In this document: positions 62,601 to 64,000 of the stretch, piece by piece
Layout of the letters: every line of letters starts with the position of its first letter
How positions within the stretch are numbered: the stretch's first letter is position 1
NCBI GenBank assembly: GCA_965218095.1
Contig: OZ244587.1
Span: 896,001-960,000, forward strand
Direction: 5' to 3'
DNA length: 64,000 bases
From: Candidatus Poribacteria bacterium
Lineage (GTDB): Bacteria > Poribacteria > WGA-4E > PCPOR2b
Translations under genes and position numbers: made by a program
The notes under the pieces: generated by a model
What the model was told of the DNA's origin: nothing
Databases searched by the model: none
Seen by the model: the letters and a program-made list of their open reading frames with translations, nothing else

Positions 62601-64000
62601 AATCGTGGGTGGAGTGCCGGCCTTAAAGAATTTCAGATTATTAACAATCAGGAGGTCGGTTGTCTGGTTCAAATCAATCTGTGCCGTATCACCAATCCGG
62701 ACGCTTGCTTGCGAGCTCACCGGGATGTTTGTTTCGCCGGTTGCCTGAATCTGATCTAGGTAGATTGCTACCGCCACCTGGGTGCCAACGGCTTGTAAGA
62801 CGCTGTCATTCGGTGTTGGGGCTTCGCTGTAAGCGGTGATAATTGATCCAACATATCGCCTCTGCTCCGGTTGGTAGGTCAGTTTAACGGGCTCGATCTC
62901 TTCCGTTTCTGGAATGACGAGATTGACAGTTATCTCTGTATTGCCGATCGTTGATTCACTGATTTGTCTAGGCAGATCCGGATCTTCGACCTGTATGTAA
63001 ATCACCTCGCCAAGTTGAAATTCCTCGATTGGTTCACCGGATGCTGTCGTTATGGCAATTGCCCCGTTTGCGCCGGTATTCACCGTGACAGTGGCGCTCA
63101 CGGTTTGGTCCCGTTGGGTGCTGCTATAGTACGGATCGATGTACGTCAAGGACACCATATCCTCGCCGCGAACCAACAAGATCGAGTTGTCCATCTCCTC
63201 ATCTCCTCCATAGGCAGTGGGAATCTTTGCAGCAAAGAGGGAACTGTTCGTTGCCAAATCATTCTCGGGATTATCATCCGCGAGGGCGCCGAAATCGGAC
63301 TCACGTAAGACGACAGTCGTCGATTGATTTTGGCTCTCGTTTCGTAATTCGGCTTCGATTGATTCCGGTTGATGGCGGTCTGTATTCCGTTCAGCGTCCC
63401 ACACACAGAGAGTCAGCCTATCACCGGCGTTAAAAGATGTTATCGGTTGGGTTGGGGGCTCATCCATCGGAGCGACCTGTCCGCTGATCTGGTTCAAGAG
63501 TTCAACTTCATTCCAGTGACCCGGCGGGGCATTGAGCTCCTTTGAGGCATAAGCGAACCACCCGGGTCTATTGTTCGCTAGTTTGAGGTCTGCCATGATG
63601 TAATTGAGACCGATAGAATCCCCAATCGCCGGTTGAAACCCATTGAGCGCGACATCTTTAGGAATTCTCGCTTCAAGGATGTATCCGCCCTCTGTCTTTG
63701 CAACTTGCGCTTCGATTTTCTCGTGATAGTCAATGTTTTTCGGAATGGCATCAAGATGGTGGTGTATCTGTGATGGATGTACGCGTAGTGGAGAACGCCG
63801 TGGATTAAGAATTGTAAAAATGAAATGGTGATCACTGGAGGTATACATCCCCGGCGATCTTTTTAAGGCAGCATCCACGAACAGATGCAGGGTTTCATTG
63901 TCGCTAGATTTTCGTCGGCTTCGATTTTTTCCGCGTATGCGTGCATACCGGTTGATAATTGCTGCGATGTAGAGGCTATCGTCGTCCCACTGTGTATAAA
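59616..64000 (-). CDS. Large protein with CBM9/DOMON-like domains flanking eight ~130-aa beta-rich repeats (5' end outside window)
   Basis: Frame stays open to the window end (YTQWDDDSLYIAA); YILEARIP and YTIEARIP CBM9-like motifs; repeats FNAG..D.DLN..L.ET...SG.F.G. Confidence 0.8.
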   Translation of the reverse strand, partial: YTQWDDDSLYIAAIINRYARIRGKNRSRRKSSDNETLHLFVDAALKRSPGMYTSSDHHFIFTILNPRRSPLRVHPSQIHHHLDAIPKNIDYHEKIEAQVAKTEGGYILEARIPKDVALNGFQPAIGDSIGLNYIMADLKLANNRPGWFAYASKELNAPPGHWNEVELLNQISGQVAPMDEPPTQPITSFNAGDRLTLCVWDAERNTDRHQPESIEAELRNESQNQSTTVVLRESDFGALADDNPENDLATNSSLFAAKIPTAYGGDEEMDNSILLVRGEDMVSLTYIDPYYSSTQRDQTVSATVTVNTGANGAIAITTASGEPIEEFQLGEVIYIQVEDPDLPRQISESTIGNTEITVNLVIPETEEIEPVKLTYQPEQRRYVGSIITAYSEAPTPNDSVLQAVGTQVAVAIYLDQIQATGETNIPVSSQASVRIGDTAQIDLNQTTDLLIVNNLKFFKAGTPPTILLRDTDLNHDDNRQETVSVTLSGDQLNDRYQLTLKETSEASGEFMAPCATQYATGADTSNDMLEVTGKEIVTISYVDALQGSGETQVTVIDKAQVRSGKDGRLEIVKANYLTDLENFNAGDKLYFHLRDADIVDESVEITLIGKTLNDQETLQLFQSVGGEPRVSGGDGTFFGSIQTAYSTEPQEDDGILQVQGAEQVRAAYVDELRSTGETYIEIWDVCEANVGTAGSLKVHNKRDFDYASARNVEISRVRAGDTLILEIQDADLSTTNAMAQLFETDFTEDVVRDNIRVTMVEVTGSAGIFRGEVKTSHGDTPIPNDNILQVQGEGIVTFTYVDALQDTGATQVPIRVQLSVETGDNGKLEIYSAESRKIISGFSVGAGSFNVGEKLRIRLQDKDLNVYPTATDSAEVTVFGNVIADEVQMILRETSPNSAIFEGDLQTQKGESPVTSDRSLLATDHILQVTDKEVITVVYTDEITTTGETGVQLQIQSVVLGSSAGVLRIVDEDALRTGFNTAPTMGALASAHELGSFNAGETIYFWLEDLLLSTVVEADEVQITVTGDKTRDGVEVTLSKKSGTEGVFVGSVPTRYGTTPVADETLDVQGDEEIRATYTPNFPNVNNPVVEDRAYTNRGVRGYLVIIRKDGTPVRNFNVGTTLYFRLEDADLNLDPFMIESTDIRVKTGTQETVVTLHEESTNSHIFRGELSTQHGRTIIDESTNQQVETKAATHETQYTTHYTDDASHGAFRISPSLGLIGGETVTAIYEDALIDTGETNVEISSNCRANLIAWVPYTSRPVLIDGHEDGWPLENVLETSQDEGLLWLQWDRDYLYLLAQIYDDNVVVPDVLEYYHGADTLELHIDLQPDAVKKPSYLQAESNPHRYVFWMCPNGGGFQGDRPYIGQGAPEFIPNYQAANLNVAVRQRSDYYTIEARIPFATVLRGFDPLKTKRHNRIGFNFVIHRSDDHAVYWAEQMPEAGPVFPSDLGLLILESPVP

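Overview
This is a 64-kb chromosomal segment from a diderm (lipid A-making) bacterium, probably an uncultured deep-branching lineage (Poribacteria-like is my impression and cannot be proved here). The core backbone is: the end of a dcw cluster (murG, murC, ftsQ, ftsA, ftsZ), a radical SAM gene, a PHP phosphatase/ABC1 kinase/M19-like gene trio, ruvX-mltG-lpxC/fabZ-lpxA-lpxI, a Gld-like ABC operon (gldA/F/G-like plus DUF4340), glnA-glnB, dcd, hisG, ligA, addA, cstA, nadB, tamB with an Omp85 gene, and a large CBM9-like repeat protein. Mobile debris is abundant: a group II intron 3' end, a frameshifted P4-type primase-helicase, a hicB/hicA-like pair, an IS5 nested in a deleted IS701-family element, MITEs and gene fragments. 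Unexplained signals: (i) several families of micro-repeats (7/8/9-mer tandems, GTAG-type REPs, a 27-bp CCCGAT-N3-ATCGGG palindromic insert) in intergenic DNA and also in frame inside proteins; (ii) two small genes where murB/ddl normally sit between murC and ftsQ; (iii) a structured leader, a 45-aa basic ORF and a long terminator just before addA; (iv) a sprT-like cassette bounded by 7-bp direct repeats inside the Gld-like operon. I saw no rRNA, tRNA or CRISPR array. Family assignments come from motif recognition, not database searches.
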